The notes under the pieces are model-generated. The model saw only the letters and a list, made by a program, of their open reading frames with translations. It was not told the DNA's origin and did not search any database. 62,048 nt of DNA from a virus (lineage: Duplodnaviria > Caudoviricetes): the IMG/VR virus record IMGVR_UViG_3300027856_000009, positions 1 to 62,048 of that record; one strand, given 5' to 3'. Numbering within the stretch: the first letter of the stretch is position 1; each line of letters opens with the position of its first letter. The position numbers and the translations under genes were made by a program. Below, piece after piece: positions 8,575 through 18,063 of the stretch.

Positions 8575-9071
8575 GCTACTCACTCGGCGCACCGCAGATT
8601 CTCACCGCCGCCCAGGCCAACCGCGACATGGGCTGGACGAAGGCCAAGCTCCACAGCTACTGGGACGCGCGGGCGAAGGCGTGCCAGCAGTTCGCCGACG
8701 AGGGGGAGTGCCTGGCCCAGGTGGCTCGTCACGTTCCCGTCACAATCGGCGGCATCGGCATGGGCGACACCGCCAGCGACGTATCGTCGGCGATCAACGT
8801 CGTCGCGGGCCTCCTCGCCAACCCGGACGCGACGCTCCGTGCGCGTGGCCCGGCGCTCGTCCAGGCGGTGGACACCCACCTCCTCGACCCCCTCATGGAC
8901 CGGATGGGGCAGAAGCTCGCCCCCTACGTCCTCAAGTACGTGCTGCCGCCGCTCTCGATCCTCTACGTCCTGAGCGGTCTCAGCGCCTTCTACTCCCATC
9001 AGACGGCCACCAAGGGCCGCGTGAAGTCGAATCGGCGCCGTCGCAGGCGCCGCCGTACGAGCCGCCGCTGA
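8571..9071 (+). CDS. Putative virion membrane protein (MSYSLG leader, SN-polyArg tail)
   Basis: ATGA overlap; MSYSLG, IGGIGMG, TM, KSNRRRRRRRRTSRR. Confidence 0.8.
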   Translation: MSYSLGAPQILTAAQANRDMGWTKAKLHSYWDARAKACQQFADEGECLAQVARHVPVTIGGIGMGDTASDVSSAINVVAGLLANPDATLRARGPALVQAVDTHLLDPLMDRMGQKLAPYVLKYVLPPLSILYVLSGLSAFYSHQTATKGRVKSNRRRRRRRRTSRR

Positions 9072-9116
9072 TTGCTGCGGACACACTTCTCAATACGCAG
9101 AATCGGGCTGGGCACC

Positions 9117-9686
9117 ATGGGCATTTCCAAGCGAGACCTCTTCAATATGAACGATCGGCAGGCCACTGCCGGCAAGCAGATGTGGCGACGCACGCAGCAG
9201 CGTGGCCGCATGGTTCAGAGCAGCTTCGACGCCGAGGAAATGGCGCCGAAGACGTGGATCCTCTTCGCCAATCCGAAGGGCGAGGAAATCTGCACCATCG
9301 AGTGCGAGCTGATGGTCGTCGCGCGCGCGTCCGACGCCAGCGAGGGCGTTCTCATGCTCCTCGCGATGTGCCCGAAGTGTGAGAACCACATCCACGTCCG
9401 CGAGGACAACAAGACGATGCACCTGGAGATGCGCCCGTACAAGAAGTGCCCGGCGTTCCTCCAGGTCAACTGGCGGTTCCACAGCCGCAACGTGCTTTGT
9501 CGCCCCTTCTCGGAGAACGATCTCATTCCGGTGATCTCCTCCCCCGAGACCTGGACGTGCGACTACTGCAAGGACTGGCGGGTGAAGGTGTTCGACGGCG
9601 TGGCCAAGCGTGACCGCAGCAAGTCGCTGAACACCGTCTACGTCCACGCGCGCGCGGCCGCCGGTGCCGGCAGCATCGAGTTCTAG
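9117..9686 (+). CDS. Zn-binding hypothetical protein
   Basis: CPKC and CDYC pairs. Confidence 0.7.
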   Translation: MGISKRDLFNMNDRQATAGKQMWRRTQQRGRMVQSSFDAEEMAPKTWILFANPKGEEICTIECELMVVARASDASEGVLMLLAMCPKCENHIHVREDNKTMHLEMRPYKKCPAFLQVNWRFHSRNVLCRPFSENDLIPVISSPETWTCDYCKDWRVKVFDGVAKRDRSKSLNTVYVHARAAAGAGSIEF

Positions 9687-10040
9687 GTGTCGTACCACCT
9701 CTCAGGCGCTCCGCCGCGCCGTCCCCATCGGCCGGCACCCATGCCGTACCCGATGTACCCGCTTGCGATCGCGCCTCCGCCCCCAGAGCGGCAGGGGATG
9801 GACCCGCTGTTGAAAGCGCTGGCCGTCGCCTTGGCGATCGCGGTGGTGCTCTACCTCATCGACCGGATGACGCGCGAGCGCGCCGACGCGGAGCCCGTCA
9901 AGCCCAACCCCGGCAAGAAGATGAGCACGCGCGACATGGCGAAGAAGCTCTACGAGCGCCTGGAGAAGAACGGCGACGTGAACGACACGACCATGCGGTC
10001 GCTTGCGCAGCTCGGGCGAAGGAGGAGCACGACGACATGA
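9687..10040 (+). CDS. Small membrane protein (MSYHLSG leader)
   Basis: Pro-rich N-terminus, single TM, KPNPGKK. Confidence 0.7.
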   Translation: MSYHLSGAPPRRPHRPAPMPYPMYPLAIAPPPPERQGMDPLLKALAVALAIAVVLYLIDRMTRERADAEPVKPNPGKKMSTRDMAKKLYERLEKNGDVNDTTMRSLAQLGRRRSTTT

Positions 10041-10119
10041 CTATCACCCATGTGAACCTGGAGAACGGGAGCACGACGACATGACTATCACCCATGTGAA
10101 CCTGGAGAACGGGAGCACG
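10024..10119 (+). repeat. 44-bp exact tandem duplication bounded by GGAGCACG microhomology
   Basis: Unit 10024-10067 equals 10068-10111, followed by GGAGCACG 10112-10119. Confidence 0.9.
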
Positions 10120-10305
10120 CGCTCGCGGTACCTCGTTGTCGTCGAGAAGGGCGACGAGGAGGAGCTGGCGCGTTTCGAGGTATCCACCGAGGTGGACCTG
10201 GAGCACGCGCTCGCGGTACGATTGGCCGCCCTTTTCGGCGATGTCAACCTCTACCTCTACGACGACCTCGTCGTCGAAGTGCGTCGTAAGGGGGTTGTGG
10301 TTTGA
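10081..10305 (+). CDS. Hypothetical protein
   Basis: MTITHVNLENG... with GGAG RBS in the second repeat copy. Confidence 0.6.
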   Translation: MTITHVNLENGSTRSRYLVVVEKGDEEELARFEVSTEVDLEHALAVRLAALFGDVNLYLYDDLVVEVRRKGVVV

Positions 10306-10517
10306 TGCACGGCCACCCCGTCCCCAACCACCCGGGCTACTACTGGCACCAGGTCGGCGGCTCTGCCGCTCGTCCGACTCTGGCGGCGCGGTGGGGAAGG
10401 CCACGCGCCCGCGGTGCCGGTGACGTCGTGGCGCGCATGACGAGCGCGGTCGGGATCAAGCCCTGCGCCCCCTGCAAGCAGCGCCAGGCGAAGCTCAATC
10501 GCTGGTGGTCGTTTTGA
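10302..10517 (+). CDS. Small phage-type protein with GDxVA...GIKPCxxCxxRQxxLN motif
   Basis: GAGDVVARMTSAVGIKPCAPCKQRQAKLN. Confidence 0.65.
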   Translation: MMHGHPVPNHPGYYWHQVGGSAARPTLAARWGRPRARGAGDVVARMTSAVGIKPCAPCKQRQAKLNRWWSF

Positions 10518-10518
10518 C

Positions 10519-11112
10519 CTAGCGCTTGGCGATTGCGGCTTTCATCACGCCCTGGTGGTCCACCAGGCTCTCTCGGGCGCTGGCGTACCACGTCTTCAGC
10601 TCTGGGCTGAGGCCGGTGAAGCTGTCGAGGCACGTCAGCGTCAGCTCGATACCGGCGAGGATCGCCGACTGCGGATCCTCGGCTGAAGGCGCAGGGACCG
10701 CGGCACTGGTTGTGGCGCTCCCGCCGTGGAGGCCCAGCTGTTCTGCGAGACCATCGCGAAGGCTGACGTAGAACGCCTTGCGCGTGGGGTTCCGGACGAG
10801 CCCAGCGAAGCTGTCGACGGCGGCCAGGGCCTCGCCAATGCCGGTCGCGATTGCTGCCTCTGGGGGAGCTTCGGGGGGCGCCTCCGCGGGCACCTCCGGC
10901 GCGGCTGCCGGCGGGGGGACCTCGACTTCGGGGGCGGGTGCTTCGGCTTCGGCCGGCGGCTCCGTCTCGGCGGTGGGCTTGGCCTCTTCATCGGCGTCTG
11001 GTGTCACAGGCTTCTCCTTCGTCGTCTTCTTACGCGAAGAGGGCGACGATCGCGAGTGCCTCGCCGCAGCTTTGGAGGTCTTTGAGCGCTTCGAGGTCTT
11101 CTTCGTCGCCAT
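10519..11112 (-). CDS. Protein with histone-H1-like basic N-terminus and Pro/Ala/Glu linker
   Basis: MATKKTSKRSKTSK...; two similar helical repeats (LAAVDSFAGL / LTCLDSFTGL). Confidence 0.7.
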   Translation of the reverse strand: MATKKTSKRSKTSKAAARHSRSSPSSRKKTTKEKPVTPDADEEAKPTAETEPPAEAEAPAPEVEVPPPAAAPEVPAEAPPEAPPEAAIATGIGEALAAVDSFAGLVRNPTRKAFYVSLRDGLAEQLGLHGGSATTSAAVPAPSAEDPQSAILAGIELTLTCLDSFTGLSPELKTWYASARESLVDHQGVMKAAIAKR

Positions 11113-11165
11113 GGCTGAATCTTACACCGGACCCCGTTTTGCGACCAGACGTCAGCGCTTGCGGG

Positions 11166-11208
11166 TGTCGGACAGGGCGTGTACTGTCTGACACCCTGAT
11201 GTCAGACA
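11166..11208. promoter_or_regulatory. Triple TGTCnGACA operator at divergent promoter
   Basis: 11166-74, 11185-93 and 11200-08 (the last overlaps the ATG of the glycosyltransferase). Confidence 0.75.
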
Positions 11209-12533
11209 AAACCGAAGAGACGTACCAGGAGCGCACTCCGGACGAGCTGGAGGCGCTGACCCAGGGCTTCCAGCGCACGGGCGTCAACTACGTGGCGCAG
11301 CCGGCGCCAGGCTACGACGTCCACGGCCTCTGGCACTGCTTCGGCTCTCACCAGCGCACCGGGTACGCCGCCCATGGCATCGCACTGCACTGGATGCTCT
11401 CCAAAGTCCTGGGCATCACCACAGAGCTGATCCCTCACCGCCACGTGGACATCGACACCGAGAGGTTCCCCGAGGACCGGTACGACATGCTCTTCGAGTG
11501 GATGAAGTCGGCCGTCGGTTCTCCCCATCTGCTTTTCGCCAGCTACCCGCCTGAAGTGGCGATGCACATGCAGGCCGTCGGCCCCGCGCTGATCCCCTAC
11601 TGCGCGTTCGAGGGCACGCACGTCTCCGAGTTCTGCCGAGACATCTGCAACGGTCCCCTCTTCAGGCAGGTCTGGGTCGTCAGCGAGTTCGTACGCAACG
11701 CCATGCTCGCAGGCGGCGTGGAACCCGAGCGGGTGCTGACGGTGCGGCCGCCGGTTTGCGACGGTCCGTGGACGGTGCCGCCCCGGCGCAACGAGCGGGA
11801 CGGCGGCCCCTTCACCTTCGGCGTGCTCGGCACCTGGCAGAAGCGCAAGGGCATGCTCGATCTCGTTCGCGCGTACTTCGGTGCGTTCACTCGCGAGGAC
11901 GACGTGCAGCTCGTGATTCGCACGAGCCACTTCAGCGGGAATCACACCATCAAGGAGTTCAAGGAGATCCTCACGCAGGAGATCGCCGAGCTGGCGGCCG
12001 AGTTTGGGGACCACCACTTCCCCGCGTCGAAGAAAATGCCGAAGCTCCGCTTCCTGATCGGGACCGCGGCGACCGACCAGGAGATCGTCGACTGGCTGGC
12101 GTCCCTCGACTGCTACGTCAACCCCAGCTACGGCGAGGGGCTCGGTGTCCCGCACGTCTGGGCGAAGGCCAGCGGCATCCCGATGGTCTCGACCGGCTAC
12201 GGCGCCGTCGGTGAGCTTCTCGAAGAGATCGCCGACCACACCGGAAGCCTCGACGCCCGCCCCGACGTTATCGTGCCGCACCGCCTGGAGCAGGTCGACC
12301 AGGAGGTGCTCCGCATCGCCCTTATGTTTGAGGCGTCGAGCGAGTGGGGCGCCTACGACCCCGCCGAGTTTGGAGCAGCGATGCGCAAAGCCTTCGAGGC
12401 CGGCTTCACGTACGACGAGGCCGGGGCCGCCTACGTTCGCAACGCCTTCTCGCTGGACGCCTGCGTTCCCACCGTCAGGAAGGCGCTGACCGAGCTGGTC
12501 GACGCGGAGCAGGTCAAGTCGTGGGGCCTGTGA
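11199..12533 (+). CDS. GT-B glycosyltransferase (GT4-like)
   Basis: TGYAAH, VWVVSEF, WQKRKG, DCYVNPSYGEGLGVP; start MSDK. Confidence 0.85.
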   Translation: MSDKTEETYQERTPDELEALTQGFQRTGVNYVAQPAPGYDVHGLWHCFGSHQRTGYAAHGIALHWMLSKVLGITTELIPHRHVDIDTERFPEDRYDMLFEWMKSAVGSPHLLFASYPPEVAMHMQAVGPALIPYCAFEGTHVSEFCRDICNGPLFRQVWVVSEFVRNAMLAGGVEPERVLTVRPPVCDGPWTVPPRRNERDGGPFTFGVLGTWQKRKGMLDLVRAYFGAFTREDDVQLVIRTSHFSGNHTIKEFKEILTQEIAELAAEFGDHHFPASKKMPKLRFLIGTAATDQEIVDWLASLDCYVNPSYGEGLGVPHVWAKASGIPMVSTGYGAVGELLEEIADHTGSLDARPDVIVPHRLEQVDQEVLRIALMFEASSEWGAYDPAEFGAAMRKAFEAGFTYDEAGAAYVRNAFSLDACVPTVRKALTELVDAEQVKSWGL

Positions 12534-13615
12534 TCGACGTCGTCGGCCACTTCGGGACGACGTTTAGCTACGCGACCGTCGCGTCGAACGTGGCGGCCGC
12601 TCTCCTGGAGCGAGGCCTGCTCGGCAGCGTCGTGAACATGGACCCGGAGTGGCACGACGCTCACGCTGGTCTTCGCAGAGATGGGAGTGGCCAGGGGTCG
12701 CACGTCGCGGTGTTTACCGCGCCGTTCCACTACATCGACGCGTATCCCCAGATGTACGGCGATCGGTCTGCGATCTTCATGAGCCCGAACACCGACCAGC
12801 TGAGCGAAGAGCATGCGAAAACGTGCGCAGCCTTCGGGTTGGCACTCGCGCCTTCGGCCTGGTGTGAGGCGACGGTGCATAGAGCACTCCCCGACATGCC
12901 GGTGGCGGTTCTTCCGCTCGGTGTCGAGCCAGGCTATGCGGCCGAGCGCCCGGAGCGCGTCGCGCGTCTGCTCAGCCGCGTGTGGAATCCTCCTCACGTC
13001 TTGCACTTCAGCACCGACCAGTTCTGGCCTGGGCGCAAGGGCACCTGGGAGCTGCTCTGGGCGTGGAGGCTGCTCGAACGTGACGGGCTTCTGCTCGGCG
13101 CGCGGCTGACTCTGCACGTGCCCCCGGCCCTACAGGCGGACGCCATGTACCGCGTGCGCGATCTCCACCTGGAAGCGTCGGTGAGCGTGGTGACGGGAGC
13201 GACCCGCGGCTCGCCCCACGCTCCTCTGCTGGCGCTGTTGGAAGAGGCAGACCTGGTGCTGGCCCCGTCGCGTTGCGAGGGTTTCGGCATGATGCTGCTG
13301 GCATCCCTCGTCGCTGGCGTTCCCCTGGTCTGCACCTACGTGACGGGGCACGCCGATTTCCTCGCGGAGGCGCGCGGCTGGCTCGGGATCCCGACCGCCC
13401 ACACGGCGCCGCTGGCCGGCGAGGAAGGGGCAGCTCCCCGGGTCGACGGCGGTGCGGTGGCGCAGGCGCTTTCGGTGGCGCTTCGAGCGGAGGCACGGCA
13501 GGCGCTGCTCAGCCCTCTTCTCCGCGACGACATCGCGCGGGACTGGGGCACGTGGAACGAGGCTGCCCCGCTGTGGGCCGAGCGGCTCGAAGAGTGGACG
13601 AAGGAGACGGCATGA
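12530..13615 (+). CDS. GT-B glycosyltransferase (GT4-like)
   Basis: APSAW, LPLGV, GRKG, ADLVLAPSRCEGFGMMLLASLVAGVP. Confidence 0.85.
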   Translation: MIDVVGHFGTTFSYATVASNVAAALLERGLLGSVVNMDPEWHDAHAGLRRDGSGQGSHVAVFTAPFHYIDAYPQMYGDRSAIFMSPNTDQLSEEHAKTCAAFGLALAPSAWCEATVHRALPDMPVAVLPLGVEPGYAAERPERVARLLSRVWNPPHVLHFSTDQFWPGRKGTWELLWAWRLLERDGLLLGARLTLHVPPALQADAMYRVRDLHLEASVSVVTGATRGSPHAPLLALLEEADLVLAPSRCEGFGMMLLASLVAGVPLVCTYVTGHADFLAEARGWLGIPTAHTAPLAGEEGAAPRVDGGAVAQALSVALRAEARQALLSPLLRDDIARDWGTWNEAAPLWAERLEEWTKETA

Positions 13616-13920
13616 GTATGAGCAGAGCGCTGCGCGAGCTGAACGGAGAGGGGCCTGTCGAGGTGATGACGCGCCTCAAGGACTTCAACGTCCAGACGAT
13701 GCAGGACGCGAAGGGGCAGATGATCGACGTGACCGCGGACACGTTGGTTGCGTTCCGGGCCGGCTCCTTTCGCGAGCTGAAGACCGAGGACGGCGAGTCG
13801 ACTGACGTGTGGGAGTTTCGCACGTCGCGTCCTCTCGAAGCGGGTGCCGTCGCTCAGGACAAAATCTACCTCCGCGGCGCCGACATCTTCATGCTGCGAA
13901 CCCCGAGCCTGGCGACCTGA
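13612..13920 (+). CDS. Hypothetical protein
   Basis: AAGGAG RBS, ATGA overlap. Confidence 0.65.
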   Translation: MSMSRALRELNGEGPVEVMTRLKDFNVQTMQDAKGQMIDVTADTLVAFRAGSFRELKTEDGESTDVWEFRTSRPLEAGAVAQDKIYLRGADIFMLRTPSLAT

Positions 13921-14126
13921 TGGCGGAGACGGGCGACCAGAAGCGCGAGGCCTTCACCGTCCGTCTTTCCACGCGGACAACTCGCGCCAACTTCGAGAAG
14001 CTCGTTGCCGTCGCGAAAGCGAAGGGCTGGATGAACTCGAAGGGGAAGCCCAACATCAGCAAGGTTCTGAATCACATCATCGGTCGCTTCTGCGTGCCGA
14101 AGGAGAAGAAGCCAGATGGCGGATGA
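13920..14126 (+). CDS. Ribbon-helix-helix-like small DNA-binding protein
   Basis: FTVRLS strand, helix, then NISKVLNHII. Confidence 0.5.
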   Translation: MAETGDQKREAFTVRLSTRTTRANFEKLVAVAKAKGWMNSKGKPNISKVLNHIIGRFCVPKEKKPDGG

Positions 14127-14622
14127 AGATGTTACGGTCCACCCGGACGTCCCCACGACCGGCGCGATCGTCAAGACCGGGAGCGGCGCAAATGCGCTCG
14201 CGAAGAAGATCGCCGGCAAGCGCCCCCCCGACGAAATGCGCTTCGCCTGCGTAATGTGCGGGTGGGACAAGACGCTGAAGTTCGAGGCGGACGAGCTGGT
14301 CGCACTGGGCGACGACATCACCAACTACAACGGCCCGTGCCCGAAGTGCGAGTCGATGACGTTGGTGCCTCGCGACAAGCTCCTTGGCGACGACTTCAAG
14401 CCCGCCGCCGACCGTGCTCGGGAGTCGCGCCGGGAGGAGTATTCCGAGGCCGCGGACATCATCATCGACAAGGTCACCGACAGGGTCGGCGGCATCATGG
14501 CTGGGTCCACCCTTGCCCAGCCTCCCGAGGAAGAGGTCGTCGGCAAGGCTTCCGATCGCGACGATCTTCCGAGCGTCGAGGGTATCGACCAGAGCGACAT
14601 GAAGCCGCGCGGAGGCGGTTGA
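14116..14622 (+). CDS. Zn-ribbon protein
   Basis: CVMC...CPKC. Confidence 0.7.
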   Translation: MADEDVTVHPDVPTTGAIVKTGSGANALAKKIAGKRPPDEMRFACVMCGWDKTLKFEADELVALGDDITNYNGPCPKCESMTLVPRDKLLGDDFKPAADRARESRREEYSEAADIIIDKVTDRVGGIMAGSTLAQPPEEEVVGKASDRDDLPSVEGIDQSDMKPRGGG

Positions 14623-15308
14623 TGAAGACCGAGACCATTCGGGTCAACGGGGTCGAGATGAACGTGCGTCCCGGGACCTGGGACCACAACATCGTGCGTG
14701 AGGTCATCCAGGGGGACTGCTATCGAGTCTCGGCGTGGACGCCGACGAACCCGGTCGTCATCTTCGACGTCGGCGGTCACATCGGCAGCTTCACAAGGTG
14801 GATGGCGACGCGCTTGCCCAAGGCGAGGGTCTTCACGTTCGAGATGGACGCAGCGAACGGCCAGCTCTGCGAGATGAACTTCGAGGGGCTCCCGAACGTC
14901 AGCCTGTTCAAGGGCGCGCTCGGCCCTCGCACCGGGGAGGTCGTTCGCGGTCCGGTCCACGAGAAGAACACGGGCGGCGGCCACGTGGACTGGCACGCGG
15001 AGAGCACCGAGGAGAACGAGTCGGTGCGATCGGTCGGCGTGGTCGACTTCCTGGCCGACAACGACATCTATTACATCGACTGCTTGAAGCTCGACTGTGA
15101 GGGCAGCGAGTTCTCCATCATCGACGAGATGGTGAAGCTGCCGGGCGGTCTGCGGAAGTGGGTCGGCTCGATACGCGCGGAGCTGCACGCGCTCAAGGGG
15201 AGCCCCGAGTACGACAGGATCGTGGGGCAGCTCGAAGAGGCGTTCCCGTTCGTGACGGTCACGCCCACTCCTTCCAAGCACCAGCACTATCTGTTCGCGT
15301 GGCGATGA
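14622..15308 (+). CDS. FkbM-family methyltransferase
   Basis: IFDVGGHIGSF, FE, LKLDCEGSEFSI. Confidence 0.9.
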   Translation: MKTETIRVNGVEMNVRPGTWDHNIVREVIQGDCYRVSAWTPTNPVVIFDVGGHIGSFTRWMATRLPKARVFTFEMDAANGQLCEMNFEGLPNVSLFKGALGPRTGEVVRGPVHEKNTGGGHVDWHAESTEENESVRSVGVVDFLADNDIYYIDCLKLDCEGSEFSIIDEMVKLPGGLRKWVGSIRAELHALKGSPEYDRIVGQLEEAFPFVTVTPTPSKHQHYLFAWR

Positions 15309-16093
15309 ACCGGGTGCAGATCGAGCGGTTTGCTGAGGCGGGTGCGCGGAGCGCCTACCTCGGCGACGGCCGCCTCGTTGCTCGCGTGCTCGGCAAGTAC
15401 ACGATGGTTCTCGACGGGACCGATCTTTCGCTCACGCCGCATCTCGCGCTCAGCGGGTTCTGGGAGTCCTGGGTGACGTCCTGGGTGATGTCTCAGTCGC
15501 TGACGGGACAGCGCATCATCAACGTCGGCGCCAACTGCGGCTACTTCACGATGCTCTTTGCCGATCTCGTGGGGTCGACGGGTCGTGTCGTTGCGATGGA
15601 GCCTCAGGCACACCTCGCCGCCATGTGCGCCGAGTCGGCCCTCCTCAACGGGTTTCACGATCGCGTGAAGGTGGTTCCGTTTGCAGCCGGCGCTGAGACG
15701 AAGACCGCGACGCTGCACGTTCCCGTGTCGACCAACGCGAGTGCGCAGCTGGAGCGCGCGCCCGACCTGCTGATCGGGGAGATGCGCGAGGAGGAGGTGA
15801 CGGTCGTTCGCGCGGAGTCCGTGATGCCTGACGCGACGTTCGCGTTTGTCGACGCCGAGGGTTACGAGCCCGAAGTGTGGGCGGGGATGACCGAGATGAA
15901 GCAGCTTCGCACGCTCGTGTTGGAGTGGACTCCCGGCCGCTACAGAGACGCCCGTGCGTTTTACGATGCCCTTTGCGCGGCCGGCTTTCGGACGAGCTAC
16001 ATCGACCCACAGAACGGCGAGACACCAGCAACGGGGGCCGACGTGTTCGGGGCCGATCCGGACTACTGGTGCATGCTTGTCCTTCGCCGGTGA
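15305..16093 (+). CDS. FkbM-family methyltransferase
   Basis: GFWE, INVGANCGYFT, VVAMEP, VDAEGYE. Confidence 0.88.
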   Translation: MNRVQIERFAEAGARSAYLGDGRLVARVLGKYTMVLDGTDLSLTPHLALSGFWESWVTSWVMSQSLTGQRIINVGANCGYFTMLFADLVGSTGRVVAMEPQAHLAAMCAESALLNGFHDRVKVVPFAAGAETKTATLHVPVSTNASAQLERAPDLLIGEMREEEVTVVRAESVMPDATFAFVDAEGYEPEVWAGMTEMKQLRTLVLEWTPGRYRDARAFYDALCAAGFRTSYIDPQNGETPATGADVFGADPDYWCMLVLRR

Positions 16094-16096
16094 CCG

Positions 16097-16816
16097 ATGA
16101 CAAAGAAAGAGAACAGCAGCCCCTTCTCCACCAAGCACTTCGTCTGGGTCCATGTGCCCAAGACGGGCGGCACCTGGCTGTACCGGGTCTTGGTCGACAC
16201 GGCTCCGGCTTCGTGGGAGGCGGTCTTCGCTCCCCCGCTCCACGTGTGCTTCCGCGACCTGTCTGACAGGCTTGCTGACGCCGGCGTTCCGGAGCGCTTC
16301 TCCCTCCCCATCCTCGCCGGTGTTCGCAACCCGTGGGACTGGTACGTGTCGCTCTACTTCTTCATGGAGCAGCATTACCACAAGCGGATGGGCGGCTTCC
16401 GCCCGCCCCCCGCGGAGTGGTCGCCTGGCTGTCGTGCCTGGAAGGAGTTCTACACGCGTGGCAACCACGTTGACGGGTTCCGCGAGGCGCTCCCCGTTCT
16501 CCTGTCGAAGATGCACGACGAGGGGAACGAGGCTGTCGTCCCTCCGCAGAGCGTCTTCCTTCGTACGCCGGCGGGGCAGCTCGGAGTGACGCCCGTTCGC
16601 TTCGAGGGGCTCCGTGAGAACATCATCGAAGCGATCGAGGCGACCGGTGCTCAGGTTCCGGATCAGATGCGTCGTCTCCTCACGGGTCGCCAGTCGCTCA
16701 ACGCGTCCACCCACGGGCCGTACCAGGACTACTACAACCCCGAGCTGCGGAAGATGGTTGCCCAGCGCGAGGCGTGGCTGATCGAGACCCTGGGCTACAC
16801 GTTCGAGCAGCCCTGA
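16097..16816 (+). CDS. Sulfotransferase family 2 protein
   Basis: 5'-PSB motif HVPKTGGT; 3'-PB motif RNPWDWYVSLY; RFEGL; YQDYY...LGYTF. Confidence 0.85.
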   Translation: MTKKENSSPFSTKHFVWVHVPKTGGTWLYRVLVDTAPASWEAVFAPPLHVCFRDLSDRLADAGVPERFSLPILAGVRNPWDWYVSLYFFMEQHYHKRMGGFRPPPAEWSPGCRAWKEFYTRGNHVDGFREALPVLLSKMHDEGNEAVVPPQSVFLRTPAGQLGVTPVRFEGLRENIIEAIEATGAQVPDQMRRLLTGRQSLNASTHGPYQDYYNPELRKMVAQREAWLIETLGYTFEQP

Positions 16817-16824
16817 GCGGGTGT

Positions 16825-17790
16825 TCAGGCGAAAGTCGCAGAAAGGCCAGCGGACCCCGTCCACGAGCGCATCAGATTGGCGGCCGTCACGGTGAGGTGG
16901 TTGTCGTAGTCATCGTAAGGTCGGCGCCCACGCAGCGTGACGTAGTTCGACCCGATGACCTGGACCTTTCCGGTCCACCTAGACCGGTTCCGGAACGTGT
17001 CCCCCAGCGCGACATCATCGAAGCCATCGGGCACGCGGTTCAGTCGCGAGACGTGCCCCTCGTAGCGCCCGGCCGCGATCATCCGCTTGGCCTCCGCGAC
17101 CGCCGCCTTCTTGGTCTTGGCCCCCACCACGAAGGGGTCGTCTGCGCGGTTCCTGACGATCCACAGCTTGTCCTCGGTGTCCTGCCCGACGACGACGGAC
17201 TTCCCGGAGATCGTTCCGCTGTACCATGGCGTGCCGAACCCGAAGTTCCTCAGCGACACCTCGGGGACCGGGTGGCGTGCCACGTACTCGTCCACCTCTC
17301 TGGTGGTCATCTCTTCGGCAGAACCGTCCGGCTCTATCCGAAAGAACGTGACGTCGTCGGTGGAGACGACCATCGAGCAGCCGAGCCCCGTGCTGCACAA
17401 CGACAACGGCATCAGAGCGGGCTGCACTGCTGCACCCTCGGGGTCGAAGTCGACTTCGCGCCCGCCACCCTCCCGGAAGAACATGTGCCCCTGGGCGTCC
17501 GCGACAGCCACGAAGAGAGACTTGCCCAGCCGCTTGCTCTCGACCCATCTCGTGGCCCACTCCGCCACGTCTTCGAGCGAGCTGGAGGCCCACGACGCGC
17601 CCCAGTGCCGTTCCTCGGCCGTGGCGAACATGCCGCCCTCGAACCGGCCCATCTCGTTGACGATGGCGAGTTCGACTCCGTCGAACGCTCGGTACAGGGG
17701 AAAGCTGTCCTCGAACTGGGCCACGAGGCCGTGGGGCCCGGTCAGCGACAGGGTGAGGTCCCGGTCGATCAGGATGCGAACCTCGTCCAT
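16825..17790 (-). CDS. Hypothetical protein (321 aa)
   Basis: Start MDEVRILID overlaps upstream stop; typical codon usage. Confidence 0.65.
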   Translation of the reverse strand: MDEVRILIDRDLTLSLTGPHGLVAQFEDSFPLYRAFDGVELAIVNEMGRFEGGMFATAEERHWGASWASSSLEDVAEWATRWVESKRLGKSLFVAVADAQGHMFFREGGGREVDFDPEGAAVQPALMPLSLCSTGLGCSMVVSTDDVTFFRIEPDGSAEEMTTREVDEYVARHPVPEVSLRNFGFGTPWYSGTISGKSVVVGQDTEDKLWIVRNRADDPFVVGAKTKKAAVAEAKRMIAAGRYEGHVSRLNRVPDGFDDVALGDTFRNRSRWTGKVQVIGSNYVTLRGRRPYDDYDNHLTVTAANLMRSWTGSAGLSATFA

Positions 17791-18056
17791 CACGGCGCGA
17801 TCGGCGCGGTCCAGATGTAGTGAGCGGCCCAGGCCGTGACGCCACCGGCGACCGCTCCGAAGATCGGCCTCTTGATGAGTGCGCCGAGGAGTCCGGCGGC
17901 GAGGCCGCCGACGAGGGCGGCTTGGGCACCGGTGTTGATCCCGGCGCTCATCCGCTCTTGCCACGAGGCGTTGTGGGCGGCCTGGTCACACGCCCAGTCC
18001 GTGAGCGTGTCGCCCATGCCCTGGGCCTGAACGTAATAGGGTCCTGCGTAGCTCAC
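17790..18056 (-). CDS. Small membrane protein (MSYAG...QGMG leader)
   Basis: Gly-zipper TM pair. Confidence 0.75.
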   Translation of the reverse strand: MSYAGPYYVQAQGMGDTLTDWACDQAAHNASWQERMSAGINTGAQAALVGGLAAGLLGALIKRPIFGAVAGGVTAWAAHYIWTAPIAP

Positions 18057-18063
18057 CGTTTCC

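Noticed and set aside
10024-10119. CRISPR-like repeat
   Set aside because: Adjacent copies with no spacer and no cas genes
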